This document shows, one piece after another, positions 42,055 to 52,299 of a stretch of 64,000 nt of DNA. Within the stretch, counting starts at the first letter, position 1. Every line of letters begins with the position of its first letter. Position numbers and translations under genes: made by a program. The stretch covers positions 75,188 to 139,187 of the forward strand of contig CAKPPF010000002.1 in the NCBI GenBank assembly GCA_934177485.1, read 5' to 3'. Below the pieces are notes generated by a model that made no database searches, was not told where the DNA came from, and saw nothing but the letters and a program-made list of their open reading frames with translations. The DNA is from an uncultured Clostridia bacterium (lineage in GTDB: Bacteria > Bacillota > Clostridia > TANB77 > CAG-508).

Positions 42055-44289
42055 ATGGAATTTAGACAATGGAATGGTTTTAATAAAGGTAGATGGGCCG
42101 AAACAATTGATGTAAGAGACTTTATTCAAAAAAATTACACACCTTATACAGGTGATGATGCATTTTTAGAAAATGCTACTGAAAAAACAAATAACCTATG
42201 GAAGGATGTTTTAGATTTATATAAAAAAGAAAAAGATAATGGTGGAGTATTAGATATTGATAATAAAACTATTTCTACTATAACAAGTCATAAGGCTGGT
42301 TATATTAACAAAGATTTAGAAGAAATAGTTGGTTTACAAACTGATGCTCCTTTAAAAAGAGCAATTATGCCTTTTGGTGGAATAAGAATAGTAGAAAAAT
42401 CGTGTGAAGCATATGGAAGAAAAGTTGATCCAGAAGTCGAAGAAATATTCCATCATTATAGGAAAACTCATAATGATGGTGTTTTCGATGCATACACTGC
42501 TGACGTAAGAGCTGCTAGAAGTGCTCATTTATTAACAGGATTACCAGATGGCTATGGTCGTGGAAGAATTATTGGAGATTACAGAAGAATTGCGCTATAT
42601 GGAGTTGATGCTTTAATTGAACACAAAAAAGGAAATTTAAAATACCTAGATCCAGATTGTTTTGATGAAGCAGTAATTAGAGAACGTGAAGAATTGTCTG
42701 AGCAAATAAAAGCTTTAAACGAATTAAAGCAAATGGCTGCAGAATATGGTTTTGATATATCAGTTCCAGCAAAAAATGCTAAAGAAGCTATACAATGGAC
42801 ATACTTTGGTTATTTAGGTGCAATTAAAGAACAAAATGGTGCTGCAATGAGTCTTGGTAGAACTTCAACTTTCTTAGATATTTATATTCAAAAAGATTTA
42901 GAAAGTGGTAATTTAACTGAAACACAAGCTCAAGAATTAATGGATCATTTTGTTATGAAATTAAGATTAGTTAGATTCTTGAGAACACCAGAATATGATG
43001 AACTTTTCAGTGGAGACCCTGTATGGGTTACAGAATCAATTGGTGGTATGGGTATAGATGGAAGAACATTAGTTACAAAAAATTCTTTTAGAATACTTCA
43101 TACGCTTCAAACATTAGGTCCTGCACCAGAACCAAACCTAACTGTTCTTTGGTCTACTAGATTACCTGAAGGCTTTAAAAAATTTGTTACAAAACTTTCA
43201 ATTAATACATCTTCTATCCAATACGAGAATGATGACCTAATGAGAAGATACTGGGGCGATGATTATGGAATTGCCTGTTGTGTATCTGCAATGCAAATAG
43301 GTAAACAAATGCAATTTTTTGGTGCAAGATGTAATTTGGCCAAAACTCTTCTTTATGCAATAAATGGTGGTAGAGATGAGATTTCTGGTAAACAAGTAGC
43401 ACCAAAATTTGAAGCAATAACTTCTGAATACTTAAATTATGATGAAGTTATGGAAAAATTCGAAAACATGATGGATTACATTACTAGAATTTATATAAAA
43501 GCATTAAATACTATTCATTATATGCACGATAAATACTGTTATGAGAAGCTAGAAATGGCTTTACACGACACAAACATTCTTAGAACAATGGCTTGTGGAA
43601 TTGCAGGTCTTTCTGTTGTTGCAGATTCTTTAAGTGCTATTAAGTATGCTAAAGTAAAAACAATTAGAAATGAAGATGGATTAGTTGTTGATTACAATAT
43701 TGAAGGTGATTTTCCAAAGTTCGGAAACAATGATGACAGAGTTGATCAAATAGCTGTAGACTTAGTTAGAGTATTTATTAAAAAATTAAGTAAACATAGA
43801 ACTTATCGTAATTCAAAAACTACTATGTCTATATTAACAATAACTTCAAATGTTGTTTACGGAAAAAATACTGGTAGTACTCCAGATGGCAGACGTGCTG
43901 GCGAACCTTTCGGACCTGGAGCTAACCCAATGCACGGTAGAGATACACATGGTGCTTTAGCAGCATTAAACTCAGTAGCAAAACTACCTTATCAATATGC
44001 TGAAGATGGTATATCTTATACATTTGCAATAACACCAAAAGCATTAGGTAAATCTGAATCAGAAAGAGTTAGCAATTTAATAACTCTACTTGATGGATAT
44101 TTTGTTCAAGATGCTCATCACTTAAATGTAAATGTTTTCGATAGACAACTTTTAGTTGATGCAATGGAACACCCTGAAAAATATCCTCAATTAACAATAA
44201 GAGTTTCAGGATATGCTGTTAATTTCGTAAAATTAACTAAAGAACAACAATTAGATGTAATTAATAGAACTATTCAAGAGTCATTTTAG
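42055..44289 (+). CDS. pflB: Formate C-acetyltransferase (pyruvate formate-lyase)
   Basis: 744 aa with the active-site ACCVS context ([11 protein letters not shown]) and the glycyl radical motif TIRVSGYAV. Confidence 0.95.
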   Translation: MEFRQWNGFNKGRWAETIDVRDFIQKNYTPYTGDDAFLENATEKTNNLWKDVLDLYKKEKDNGGVLDIDNKTISTITSHKAGYINKDLEEIVGLQTDAPLKRAIMPFGGIRIVEKSCEAYGRKVDPEVEEIFHHYRKTHNDGVFDAYTADVRAARSAHLLTGLPDGYGRGRIIGDYRRIALYGVDALIEHKKGNLKYLDPDCFDEAVIREREELSEQIKALNELKQMAAEYGFDISVPAKNAKEAIQWTYFGYLGAIKEQNGAAMSLGRTSTFLDIYIQKDLESGNLTETQAQELMDHFVMKLRLVRFLRTPEYDELFSGDPVWVTESIGGMGIDGRTLVTKNSFRILHTLQTLGPAPEPNLTVLWSTRLPEGFKKFVTKLSINTSSIQYENDDLMRRYWGDDYGIACCVSAMQIGKQMQFFGARCNLAKTLLYAINGGRDEISGKQVAPKFEAITSEYLNYDEVMEKFENMMDYITRIYIKALNTIHYMHDKYCYEKLEMALHDTNILRTMACGIAGLSVVADSLSAIKYAKVKTIRNEDGLVVDYNIEGDFPKFGNNDDRVDQIAVDLVRVFIKKLSKHRTYRNSKTTMSILTITSNVVYGKNTGSTPDGRRAGEPFGPGANPMHGRDTHGALAALNSVAKLPYQYAEDGISYTFAITPKALGKSESERVSNLITLLDGYFVQDAHHLNVNVFDRQLLVDAMEHPEKYPQLTIRVSGYAVNFVKLTKEQQLDVINRTIQESF

Positions 44290-44422
44290 TTGAAATTTGT
44301 AAAATACATTTAGTCTTATATTTATGGTAAGCACTGTAGGGATAGGTATTGTAGCCTATCCTTCCTACTGCCCTACAATTTTAAATTTTATTTATAATTT
44401 GTAATAAAAATGGTGAAATAAT

Positions 44423-45142
44423 ATGGATAAACAAAATTATGCAAAAATTCATTCAATTGAAACTTTTGGAACTGTTGATGGTCCTGGTGTTAGATTTGTT
44501 TGCTTTTTTCAGGGATGTCACTTAGAATGTAAATATTGTCACAATAGAGATACTTGGGATATTAATAGCGGAAAATATATTAGTGCTGATGAGCTTTTTA
44601 ACGAAATAATGAAATATAAAACATTTATTACTCCTAATGGCGGATTTACCGCTTCTGGAGGTGAGCCTCTTCTTCAACCTTATTTTCTTATTTCTTTATT
44701 TAAAAAACTAAAAGAAGCTAACATTCACACTGCTATTGATACATCTGGAATGATAGAAATTACAGATACTATAAAAGAATTACTAAAGTATACTGACCTA
44801 GTACTTCTTGATATAAAACATATAAATCCTCAAAAATGCAAAGAATTAGTTGGCTTTTCTAATGAAAAAGAGCTTGCCTTTGCTCGTTATTTAAATGAAC
44901 ATAATATACCTGTATGGATAAGACAAGTGATTATTCCTGGAATTACAGATGATGAAAATGATTTATTAGACCTAAAAACTTTTTTAAATTCTTTGCATAA
45001 CGTAAAAAAAATAGAATTACTTCCATACCATAGACTTGGACAACATAAATGGGAAGAACTTGGTTTTAACTACGAATTAAAAGATATAAGACCTGCAACT
45101 GAAAAAGATATAGAAAAAGTAAAAAAGATATTAAATATATAA
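44423..45142 (+). CDS. pflA: Pyruvate formate-lyase activating enzyme (radical SAM)
   Basis: 239 aa. GTVDGPGVRFVCFFQGCHLECKYCHN. Confidence 0.9.
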   Translation: MDKQNYAKIHSIETFGTVDGPGVRFVCFFQGCHLECKYCHNRDTWDINSGKYISADELFNEIMKYKTFITPNGGFTASGGEPLLQPYFLISLFKKLKEANIHTAIDTSGMIEITDTIKELLKYTDLVLLDIKHINPQKCKELVGFSNEKELAFARYLNEHNIPVWIRQVIIPGITDDENDLLDLKTFLNSLHNVKKIELLPYHRLGQHKWEELGFNYELKDIRPATEKDIEKVKKILNI

Positions 45143-45158
45143 TAAGAATAAAGCGACT

Positions 45159-46940
45159 TTAGTCGCTTTGTTCTTTATCACTATATTTAGCAAATGCTAC
45201 TTTTCTTAAGTTCTTATTTGCTTCTATTACTTGTATTTTTACTTTATCTCCTATTTTATATACTATTCCTGTGTTTTCTCCTATTAGTTGCTTGTGCATG
45301 TCATCATAGTTAAAATACTCATTGCCTAAATTTTCAAACCTTATTAGTCCCTCTACTGTATTTTCTAGCTCAACAAAAAGTCCAAAGTTGGTAACTCCAC
45401 TTACTATTCCATCATACACTTCTCCTATTTTATTTTCCATATATTCAGCCTTTTTCAAATCAACTGAGTTTCTTTCAGCTTTTTGAGCTATTTTTTCTCT
45501 TTCTGATGATTTTTCTGCATAGTTTACAGCAAATTCTTCATGTTTTTCTTTGTAATCGTCACTAACCATATAGTTATTATCTAAATACTTTGATATTATT
45601 CTATGAATAAATAAATCTGGGTATCTTCTAATTGGTGATGTAAAATGGCAATAATACTTTCCTGCAATACCAAAGTGTCCTTTATTTTCTGCTTCATATC
45701 TTGCTACTTTTAAAGTTCTTAATATTAAATTAGATATAACTTTTTCTTCATCTTTTCCTTTTATATCCTCAAGAATACTGCTAAAAGCTTTAGGATGAAC
45801 ATTTTCTTTGTTTCCTTTTATTTTATATCCGAAGTTGTATAAAAAACTATTTAAGTCTGTTATCTTCTCTTGATCTGGTGCCTCATGAACTCTATAAATA
45901 AACGGTGCTTCTAGCCAATAAAATTTTTCTGCAACTGTTTCGTTAGCTGTTAGCATAAATTGTTCTATTATTATATTTGAAAATTCAATCTCATATTTTC
46001 CAACGTCTATTGCTTTTCCTTTTTTATCTAAAGTAATTTTACTTTCCGGAATATCTAAGTCTAAATATCCATTTTCTTTTCTCTTATTTTCAAGAATATG
46101 AGCAAGTTCTGCCATTAGTTTAAAATGATTTATATATGGAATATATTGTTTTAAATCTTCATCCATTTCAGCACTATTATCTAAATCCAAAAGCTTTTGA
46201 ACAATGTTATAAGACATTCTTTTAGTTACTTTTATTACGCCTTTTGTGATATCAGAAGATATTACATTCCCTTTTTTATCTATCTCCATTATAACAGATA
46301 AAGTAAGTCTATCTTTTCCTTCATTTAAACTGCATATTCCATTTGATAATTCTTTTGGCAACATAGGAATTACTCTATCTAGCATATATACACTTGTTCC
46401 TCTTGTAATAGCTTCTTTGTCTAGAAAGCTTCCTTCCATTACATAGTGACTTACATCAGCAATATGAACACTTAAAATGTATGTGTCATCTATTGTTTTA
46501 GTTACAGATACAGCATCATCCAAATCTTTTGCATCTTCACCATCTATTGTAAATATTTCTTCATTTCTAAAATCTTTTCTTCCTGCAATTTCATCTAAAG
46601 ATATTTCTTTTTCTATTTTTCTTGCTTCATCTATTACAAATTTTGGAAACTCATATGGTAATTTATACTCTCTTATAATTGAAAGCATATCAACACCAGC
46701 AATATTTATATTGCCTAATATTTCAATAATTTTTCCTTCTGGCTTCTTTCCATCAATTTCTGGTTTAGTAATTTGAACAACAACTTTATCGTTGCTTTTT
46801 GCCCCACTAAAATACTTTTTAGATATGAAAATATCTTTACTAATTTTTTTATTATCTGGCACAACAAATCCGAAACTTTTATTTTTAGTAAAAGTTCCAA
46901 CAATAGTTTCTTTTGTATTTTCTTCTTTATTATTTCTCAT
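45159..46940 (-). CDS. rnr: Ribonuclease R
   Basis: It has an RNB domain (DGEDAKDLDDAVS, HFTSPIRRYPD) and a C-terminal S1 domain. I chose the start at ATG 46940 (MRNNKEE, AAGGA upstream). The track ORF extends to 47021 but would translate the conserved hairpin element. Confidence 0.9.
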   Translation of the reverse strand: MRNNKEENTKETIVGTFTKNKSFGFVVPDNKKISKDIFISKKYFSGAKSNDKVVVQITKPEIDGKKPEGKIIEILGNINIAGVDMLSIIREYKLPYEFPKFVIDEARKIEKEISLDEIAGRKDFRNEEIFTIDGEDAKDLDDAVSVTKTIDDTYILSVHIADVSHYVMEGSFLDKEAITRGTSVYMLDRVIPMLPKELSNGICSLNEGKDRLTLSVIMEIDKKGNVISSDITKGVIKVTKRMSYNIVQKLLDLDNSAEMDEDLKQYIPYINHFKLMAELAHILENKRKENGYLDLDIPESKITLDKKGKAIDVGKYEIEFSNIIIEQFMLTANETVAEKFYWLEAPFIYRVHEAPDQEKITDLNSFLYNFGYKIKGNKENVHPKAFSSILEDIKGKDEEKVISNLILRTLKVARYEAENKGHFGIAGKYYCHFTSPIRRYPDLFIHRIISKYLDNNYMVSDDYKEKHEEFAVNYAEKSSEREKIAQKAERNSVDLKKAEYMENKIGEVYDGIVSGVTNFGLFVELENTVEGLIRFENLGNEYFNYDDMHKQLIGENTGIVYKIGDKVKIQVIEANKNLRKVAFAKYSDKEQSD

Positions 46941-46976
46941 TGATTCAAAAATTCCTTTTTTGTATTTTAAAATTTG

Positions 46977-47040
46977 TTCTCGCCCAATTTGAGTTTTCTG
47001 GCTGTAAGGAAAAAATCTCAAAAGGCCAGCGATTGTAGCT
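46977..47040. repeat. 63-nt dispersed hairpin element, copy 3 (diverged)
   Basis: Sequence TTCTCGCCCAATTTGAGTTTTCTGGCTGTAAGGAAAAAATCTCAAAAGGCCAGCGATTGTAGCT. The flanks and outer stem match copies 1 and 2. The inner stem is changed to TTTTC/GAAAA and the loop is different. Confidence 0.7.
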
Positions 47041-47095
47041 TATTATATAATAAAAGTAGAGCCATATTAGCTCTACTTTTAATATTTTTTTCTTA

Positions 47096-47347
47096 TTATG
47101 CTAAAGGATATACAATATTTAAAGCGATTGTAACAACGGCTAAAGATATTGAGAATATAATTGTAAATTTTTTTAACTTACCAACTCTTGTTCTTCCTTT
47201 ATTCTTATCTAAAAAGTTATTTGCACCAGCACCAGTTATTGTACTAGACAAACCTTCTTCATCTGATTTTTGTAACATAACTAATACTACCACACCTAAA
47301 GCTAATATGATATCTATTATAATTAAAAATACTTTTAATACTTGCAT
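47096..47347 (-). CDS. secG: Preprotein translocase subunit SecG
   Basis: 83 aa with two TM helices and the central LQKSDEEGLSSTITGAG motif. It lies upstream of rnr, as in many Firmicutes. Confidence 0.8.
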   Translation of the reverse strand: MQVLKVFLIIIDIILALGVVVLVMLQKSDEEGLSSTITGAGANNFLDKNKGRTRVGKLKKFTIIFSISLAVVTIALNIVYPLA

Positions 47348-47433
47348 TTTTATTCCTCCCTAAGTTCTACTATTTATTTTTCAATTAACATATGTTATTG
47401 TAACATATATTTTCTATAAATGCAAATGGTTTA

Positions 47434-48810
47434 TTAAATTTTTTCAGCCAGTCCAAGGTATTTTTCTGGAGTTAGGTTTAATAATACCTGTTTATCATCA
47501 GTTGATAATATGTCTAAGCCTTGTACAAATTCTTGTATAGCTTCTTTTGAAATATTTTTTCCTCGTGTAAGTTCTTTTAATTTATTGTATGCATCAGGAA
47601 TTCCATATTTTCTTAAAACTGTTTGAATTGGTTCTGCAAGTACTTCCCACCTATTTTCTAATTCACTAGAAAGCTTAAGTTTATTAACTTCTATTCTTTT
47701 TAATGCACTTATAGTTTGATTTATTGCTTGAATTGAATATCCAAATGCTAACCCAATATTTCTTTTTGAAGAAGAATCTGACAAATCTCTTTGCATTCTT
47801 GATTTTACAAGTTTATTTGAAAGCGCCATGAAAATCGCATTAGACATATCAATATTAGCCTCGCTGTTTTCAAATCTTATTGGATTTACTTTATGTGGCA
47901 TTGTACTACTACCTACTTCACTTTGTACTGGTATTTGTTTAAAATATTCCATGCTAATATATAACCACATGTCAACGTCAAAATCTAGAACAATATTATT
48001 AAAATGTCTTATGCCATCAGCAATATGTGCAATGTAGTCATGCCCTTCTATTTGAGTTGTTAGAGGATTAAATTCTAGTTGTAAATATTCTTCTACAAAT
48101 TTTTTTGATAATTCCTCCCAATTGTATTTTGGAAAAGCAACAGATATTGCTGCATATGTGCCAGTTGCTCCATTAAATTTTGCAGTAATTTTAATATTCT
48201 TTATATTTTCTAAAGATTTCTTTAACCTATATTCATATACTTTAAACTCTTTTCCTACTGTTGTTGGAGTAGCTGGCTGTCCATGAGTATGTGCAAGCAT
48301 TGGAATATTTGAATTGTCTTTTGCTAGCTTACTAATCACATCAATTAAACTTTCTGCTGATTTTATCCATACATCATTTAATCCTTTTTTTATCATATTT
48401 CCGTATGAAGTATTATTTATATCTTCAGATGTACAACCAATATGAACAAAACTAACCAATTTATCAAAACCTATCTTTTTTAGTTCTTCTCCAACATAAA
48501 TTTCAGCCGCTTTAACATCATGGTTTGTTATTTTATCTATTTGTCTTATTCTTAAATATGACTCCTCTGAAAAATCTTCATATATTTTTAAGATCTTACT
48601 AATGTCTTTCTCTTTTATTGAATTTAAAATGTCTGAATCTTTAATATTTTCAATTAAAAATTTAAGCCAAAGCACTTCAACTTTAACCCTGTTTTTAGTA
48701 AGTACATATTCTGAAAAATATGGACTTAGCTGTTTAGATATATCTAAATATCTCCCATCTAACGGGCATAAAGCCATAAAGCTTTTTAATTCTAGATTTT
48801 CATTTTCCAT
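47434..48810 (-). CDS. purB: Adenylosuccinate lyase
   Basis: 458 aa with the signature GSSTMPHKVNPIRFEN. Confidence 0.9.
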   Translation of the reverse strand: MENENLELKSFMALCPLDGRYLDISKQLSPYFSEYVLTKNRVKVEVLWLKFLIENIKDSDILNSIKEKDISKILKIYEDFSEESYLRIRQIDKITNHDVKAAEIYVGEELKKIGFDKLVSFVHIGCTSEDINNTSYGNMIKKGLNDVWIKSAESLIDVISKLAKDNSNIPMLAHTHGQPATPTTVGKEFKVYEYRLKKSLENIKNIKITAKFNGATGTYAAISVAFPKYNWEELSKKFVEEYLQLEFNPLTTQIEGHDYIAHIADGIRHFNNIVLDFDVDMWLYISMEYFKQIPVQSEVGSSTMPHKVNPIRFENSEANIDMSNAIFMALSNKLVKSRMQRDLSDSSSKRNIGLAFGYSIQAINQTISALKRIEVNKLKLSSELENRWEVLAEPIQTVLRKYGIPDAYNKLKELTRGKNISKEAIQEFVQGLDILSTDDKQVLLNLTPEKYLGLAEKI

Positions 48811-48890
48811 ATATTTCTCCTTATTTTCTTATATGCTTAAATTCTAACATAAGTAAAAAAATATAGCAAGAATAAATTTTCCACAAAATA

Positions 48891-48923
48891 AACCAGCCTA
48901 AACTTGGCACGTTCCTTTTCGAG
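48891..48923 (-). repeat. 33-nt fragment of the tRNA-Leu-associated module (distal island boundary)
   Basis: AACCAGCCTAAACTTGGCACGTTCCTTTTCGAG is identical to the interior of module A (49627-49659). Similarity is lost on both sides. Confidence 0.7.
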
Positions 48924-49222
48924 CCTTTTAAGGGTTTTAATACTTATTGTTTTTTTTGTATTAATTACCATTCTTTAAAATCCCTAAAATCAATGCATTT
49001 TCGTATAATATCTCTGTTAAATAAATAATACTATATTTTAAATTTTTTTTGCAAGATTTTTGCAAAAATATTTGATATTAGTTAGATATTTTTTGTTATA
49101 GCAGATAATCTACTATTGATATTAAACAAATTAATTGATGTATTAATCTATAGAACAAATTTTTGTTTTTTATGATTTACACTTGATTTTTATATAATAA
49201 TCAAGTATACTTCTATTCATAG

Positions 49223-49429
49223 ATGAGAGAAGCAAGATGTGGTGTATCGTATCCTACAGCGAGAGGAGGCGATGCATATTTATTAGAACAAGTTTATTTA
49301 CTTTTTATATACATACTTTTTATTGAACTTGCAATAGTAACCGTTGTAGCTATTGCCTTATTTGTAGCATTGGTTGTTACGATGAGAAAATTAGACAACG
49401 AAAAAAACACATCTCTGTTGGATCGTTAG
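49223..49429 (+). CDS. Candidate small hydrophobic peptide (type I toxin-like); start codon uncertain
   Basis: The ORF ends ...LFIELAIVTVVAIALFVALVVTMRKLDNEKNTSLLDR, a TM helix followed by a charged tail. A TTGATT-17-TATACT promoter lies at 49183-49211. A 30-nt 5' segment (49221-49250) is complementary to 49458-49489. An internal AGGAGG is present, but no in-frame canonical start follows it. Confidence 0.3.
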   Translation: MREARCGVSYPTARGGDAYLLEQVYLLFIYILFIELAIVTVVAIALFVALVVTMRKLDNEKNTSLLDR

Positions 49430-49552
49430 AGATGTATTCTTTATAAAAATACTTTGAACGATACGCCACATTTCTGTGGTATCTCATCTTTCTACAATTA
49501 TTATACTCAAAATATATAAAAAAGTCAATAATTTATAAATTTTTTCATCAAC

Positions 49553-49740
49553 TGGTGGGTCCACTCGCACCCGCGTCACAAAAATAGTCCACCGGACTAT
49601 TTTTACCTGCGTTTAGTCTGGCCTTGAACCAGCCTAAACTTGGCACGTTCCTTTTCGAGTCCCACCTTTTTACTTTATACAAAAAATGTAACCTACAAGG
49701 TTACATTTTCTCTGGTATGATTGTTGTAGTTATCTACAAC
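49553..49740 (-). repeat. tRNA-Leu-associated module, copy A
   Basis: It contains the 113-nt structured core, the hairpin AAAAAATGTAACCTACAAGGTTACATTTT, and a degenerate tRNA 3'-end relic (CTGGTATGATTGTTGTAGTTATCTACAAC). Confidence 0.8.
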
Positions 49741-50089
49741 TCTATTTCTCTTATATTGATACAAACATCAATCAGTTTTATTGTATATACATTATCAAAT
49801 TATTTAAAATTTTTCATGATATTTTTAGTATTAATTGCAATATGGTTTAATTTGTATTTATTATCTTTATACATAAAAATATAGTCATTAAATCAAATGT
49901 ATTTAATTGCCTATCTAATTTTATAATTTCTTTTACTTCTTTAATTGCAGAAATAATATGAAAAAATGCTGGAATAACACCAAGTAAATCCCCTTACAGC
50001 TCCTATATATGCACCAAATACACCTGGAAGCACTGAAGATTTTTCATTTTTTTCTTCTTCCATTTCAACAGATTTTCTATTGTTTCATT

Positions 50090-50950
50090 TTAATTATCAC
50101 ACCAGTAAAGAACCTTTGAAAAGTCTCCTCTTTTTAAATCTTCGTTATTAATAAAGAAAAAGAAAACAACATCAGTAGTAGTACTATATTGAAATAAAAG
50201 GGTATCATATCTTTTTAAATTTTCTCTACCTCTTGGGTCATCTTGCCAAAACAATGGATAGCCTAATAATTTGTCACCATGTGAATCATAAATTGTTTCC
50301 ATAACTTCATCTCTGTATTCTTCTTCAATACTAGACAATTCTTCCTTAATAACATCTTTTTCTATGTCGTTGTAATTATATATTCTGCTTTGCATTATAT
50401 CTGTAGATTTTTTAAAACTATATGCTGTACTTTCATCTATTAGATTTGATTTAGGTAAATCAAGTTTTAAAATTTCTTCTTCCTTTATATCATAATTAAT
50501 TTTTGGATGATAAACTATTCTCCAATTTTTTTGTGAGTCCGGATTATCAAAGTCAAGCCCTAATAAATTATCAGTCCCAATAAAAAATTGTAACATTCCT
50601 TCATTTGGAAATTCTCCACCTTCAAATTTTTCGGTATCAAAGTTAATTTGAGTCATCATAAACAATTTATTACCATTTTCATCTGTTGGATATTCTTCTT
50701 TTAAATCCCAATAAGGTGTTCCTCCGTCTTTGGTTGAAAAAATTGTTGTTTCTTTATCACTTTCAGTTGATACATATGCTGTAATTTCTGTTTTCTTACC
50801 TATTTCTTTGACATAATTTTCTAATTCAACTTTTCTTTCTAGTGAAATTTCTTTATACCTTTTGTTACTTCTTAAATTATTAAGTTTTTTATCTTCTGAA
50901 TTCTCTTTATTTTGTACATTACCATTTTTAAAAAAATCAAATAATCCCAT
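50090..50950 (-). CDS. DUF1963 / YwqG-family protein (immunity-protein-like)
   Basis: I chose the start at ATG 50950, which has a GGAGGA RBS. The sequence LFMMTQINFDTEKFEGGEFPNEGMLQFFIGTDNLLGLDFDNPDSQKNWRIVYHP and the C-terminal LLFQYSTT...VVFFFFINNEDLKRGDF..VLYWCD match the YwqG pattern. Confidence 0.75.
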   Translation of the reverse strand: MGLFDFFKNGNVQNKENSEDKKLNNLRSNKRYKEISLERKVELENYVKEIGKKTEITAYVSTESDKETTIFSTKDGGTPYWDLKEEYPTDENGNKLFMMTQINFDTEKFEGGEFPNEGMLQFFIGTDNLLGLDFDNPDSQKNWRIVYHPKINYDIKEEEILKLDLPKSNLIDESTAYSFKKSTDIMQSRIYNYNDIEKDVIKEELSSIEEEYRDEVMETIYDSHGDKLLGYPLFWQDDPRGRENLKRYDTLLFQYSTTTDVVFFFFINNEDLKRGDFSKVLYWCDN

Positions 50951-51015
50951 TATTAATTCCTCCATATTTTGTTTGTACAAATTATATCATTTATTATTCA
51001 ATATTACTATATTTT

Positions 51016-51180
51016 TTAATTGTATTTTTTTAGTTTTTTATTCTTTTCTTTTTCTAATTGTATCAAACTCTTTTTAGGTGTTGGTAAGTTTTTTGGCATA
51101 GTTCCACTATTTTTTGCAATGATTTCTCTAATATTTTTTTCAAATATTATAATGAGTTTTATTTGCTTCTTTTTCAGTTT
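51016..51180 (-). pseudogene. 3' remnant (about 54 codons) of a DinD-like DNA-damage-inducible protein gene
   Basis: My own translation gives ...NIREIIAKNSGTMPKNLPTPKKSLIQLEKEKNKKLKKYN*, which resembles the DinD C-terminus (..ELGGTMPEELPTPQVSIKQLE). The frame is cut exactly at the edge of module B. Confidence 0.45.
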
Positions 51181-51377
51181 GTACCGATGGTGGGTCCACT
51201 CGCACCCGCGTCACAAAAATAGTCCACCGGACTATTTTTACCTGCGTTTAGTCTGGCCTTGGACCAGCCTAAACTTGGCACGTTCCTTTTCGAGTCCCAC
51301 CTTTTTACTTTATACAAAAAATGTAACCTATAAGGTTACATTTTAATCTGGTACGATTAGTGTAGTAGTTTACAACC
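51181..51377 (-). repeat. tRNA-Leu-associated module, copy B
   Basis: It starts GTACCGATGGTGGGT (a copy of the tRNA 3' end). The core is near-identical to copies A and C. The terminator hairpin is followed by the relic CTGGTACGATTAGTGTAGTAGTTTACAACC. Confidence 0.8.
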
Positions 51378-51528
51378 AATCACCAACAATGAATAGTAAT
51401 ATCAATCACTAATAATAGTATAACATATTTTTTAGGATATGAATCATTTTTTTTGCATATTTAGTATTAATTATTCATATAGTTATTTTGATTCTATTTG
51501 TCCAAAATATTAGCCTATTTTTTACTTT

Positions 51529-52203
51529 TTATATAGCATAAACTTCTTTATTATTTGAGTCGCAAATTCCAATTATCTCATTATTCTTTATAATAGCCAT
51601 TGCTCCAACTGGTAAGTTTAATATTGCTATTCCCATTGGACAAATTTTTAATAGTTCGTACATTTTAATTGTTGTATAATCTTCTGGATTATTTGACTTA
51701 TCTTTGTCATCTAGATTACCCATATACCACCCGGAATCATTATCTTGTTTCTTTACTTGCTTTTCAAAATATAAATTATTTGATTTTAATGCTGTTTTTT
51801 TAACAAATATTGTATCTTGAAATGATATTGCTTCATCTGATATTAAACCTGTCTTTTTTGTTATTAAAAGTTGATTTTTCATAATATCTAGCGACAATGT
51901 TAAATCTTCTGTAAAGTCTTTAAAAGGATCTTCTTTATAATTGACTGCAAATATTTGGAATTCATTATTAATCTCTTTAATTTTATAAAAGTTAAAGCCT
52001 ATTTGTATTATCTTATTATCATCTATAATATTGTATTTATCATCTTGTGTAGTCAATGTTTCTTCAAATAAATTCACTATATCTTCAGTAGTATTATGAT
52101 AAAAAAATACTTTTTTGCCATTTATATTTATTTCTGTTTTATTCATATAACTATTCCTTTCCTTTTTTTCTACATTATTATTTTTCTTATTAAAAAATCC
52201 CAT
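51529..52203 (-). CDS. Hypothetical protein, DUF2185/Imm33-like C-terminal domain (immunity-protein-like)
   Basis: 224 aa with an AAGGAGG RBS. The C-terminal DSGWYMGNLDDKDKSNNPEDY...PVGAMAIIKNNEIIGI recalls the DSGW motif of the DUF2185/Imm33 families. This is recognised by motif only. Confidence 0.4.
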   Translation of the reverse strand: MGFFNKKNNNVEKKERNSYMNKTEININGKKVFFYHNTTEDIVNLFEETLTTQDDKYNIIDDNKIIQIGFNFYKIKEINNEFQIFAVNYKEDPFKDFTEDLTLSLDIMKNQLLITKKTGLISDEAISFQDTIFVKKTALKSNNLYFEKQVKKQDNDSGWYMGNLDDKDKSNNPEDYTTIKMYELLKICPMGIAILNLPVGAMAIIKNNEIIGICDSNNKEVYAI

Positions 52204-52299
52204 AATTGTTCCTCCTTACACATAGTATAACACATGAACCCTTATTTTAATATATATTTTCAATGAATATAAGTGATATTTACAAATATGCTTTACAAT

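Noticed and set aside
46941-47021. N-terminal 27-residue extension of RNase R from a non-ATG start at 47021
   Set aside because: The extension translates the hairpin element. An ATG with an RBS at 46940 gives a normal RNase R N-terminus.
48811-48960. Possible purine riboswitch upstream of purB
   Set aside because: The leader lacks the conserved purine-aptamer blocks (UAUAAU...AUAUGG...CCGUAAA type junction) and has no three-way junction.
49624-49884. Plus-strand ORFs spanning the tRNA-Leu modules (49624..49884, 51020..51346, 53141..53389)
   Set aside because: They read through palindromic hairpins, terminators and even the tRNA gene. Their shared peptide (HKNSPPDYFYLRLVWPWTSLNLARSF) only reflects repeat identity, and their starts and ends differ between copies.
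49900-50060. Short minus-strand ORF MEEEKNEKSSVLPGVFGAYIGAVRGFTWCYSSIFSYYFCN
   Set aside because: It has about 40 codons, no clear RBS and no recognisable family. It is probably a fragment or chance ORF within decayed cassette DNA.
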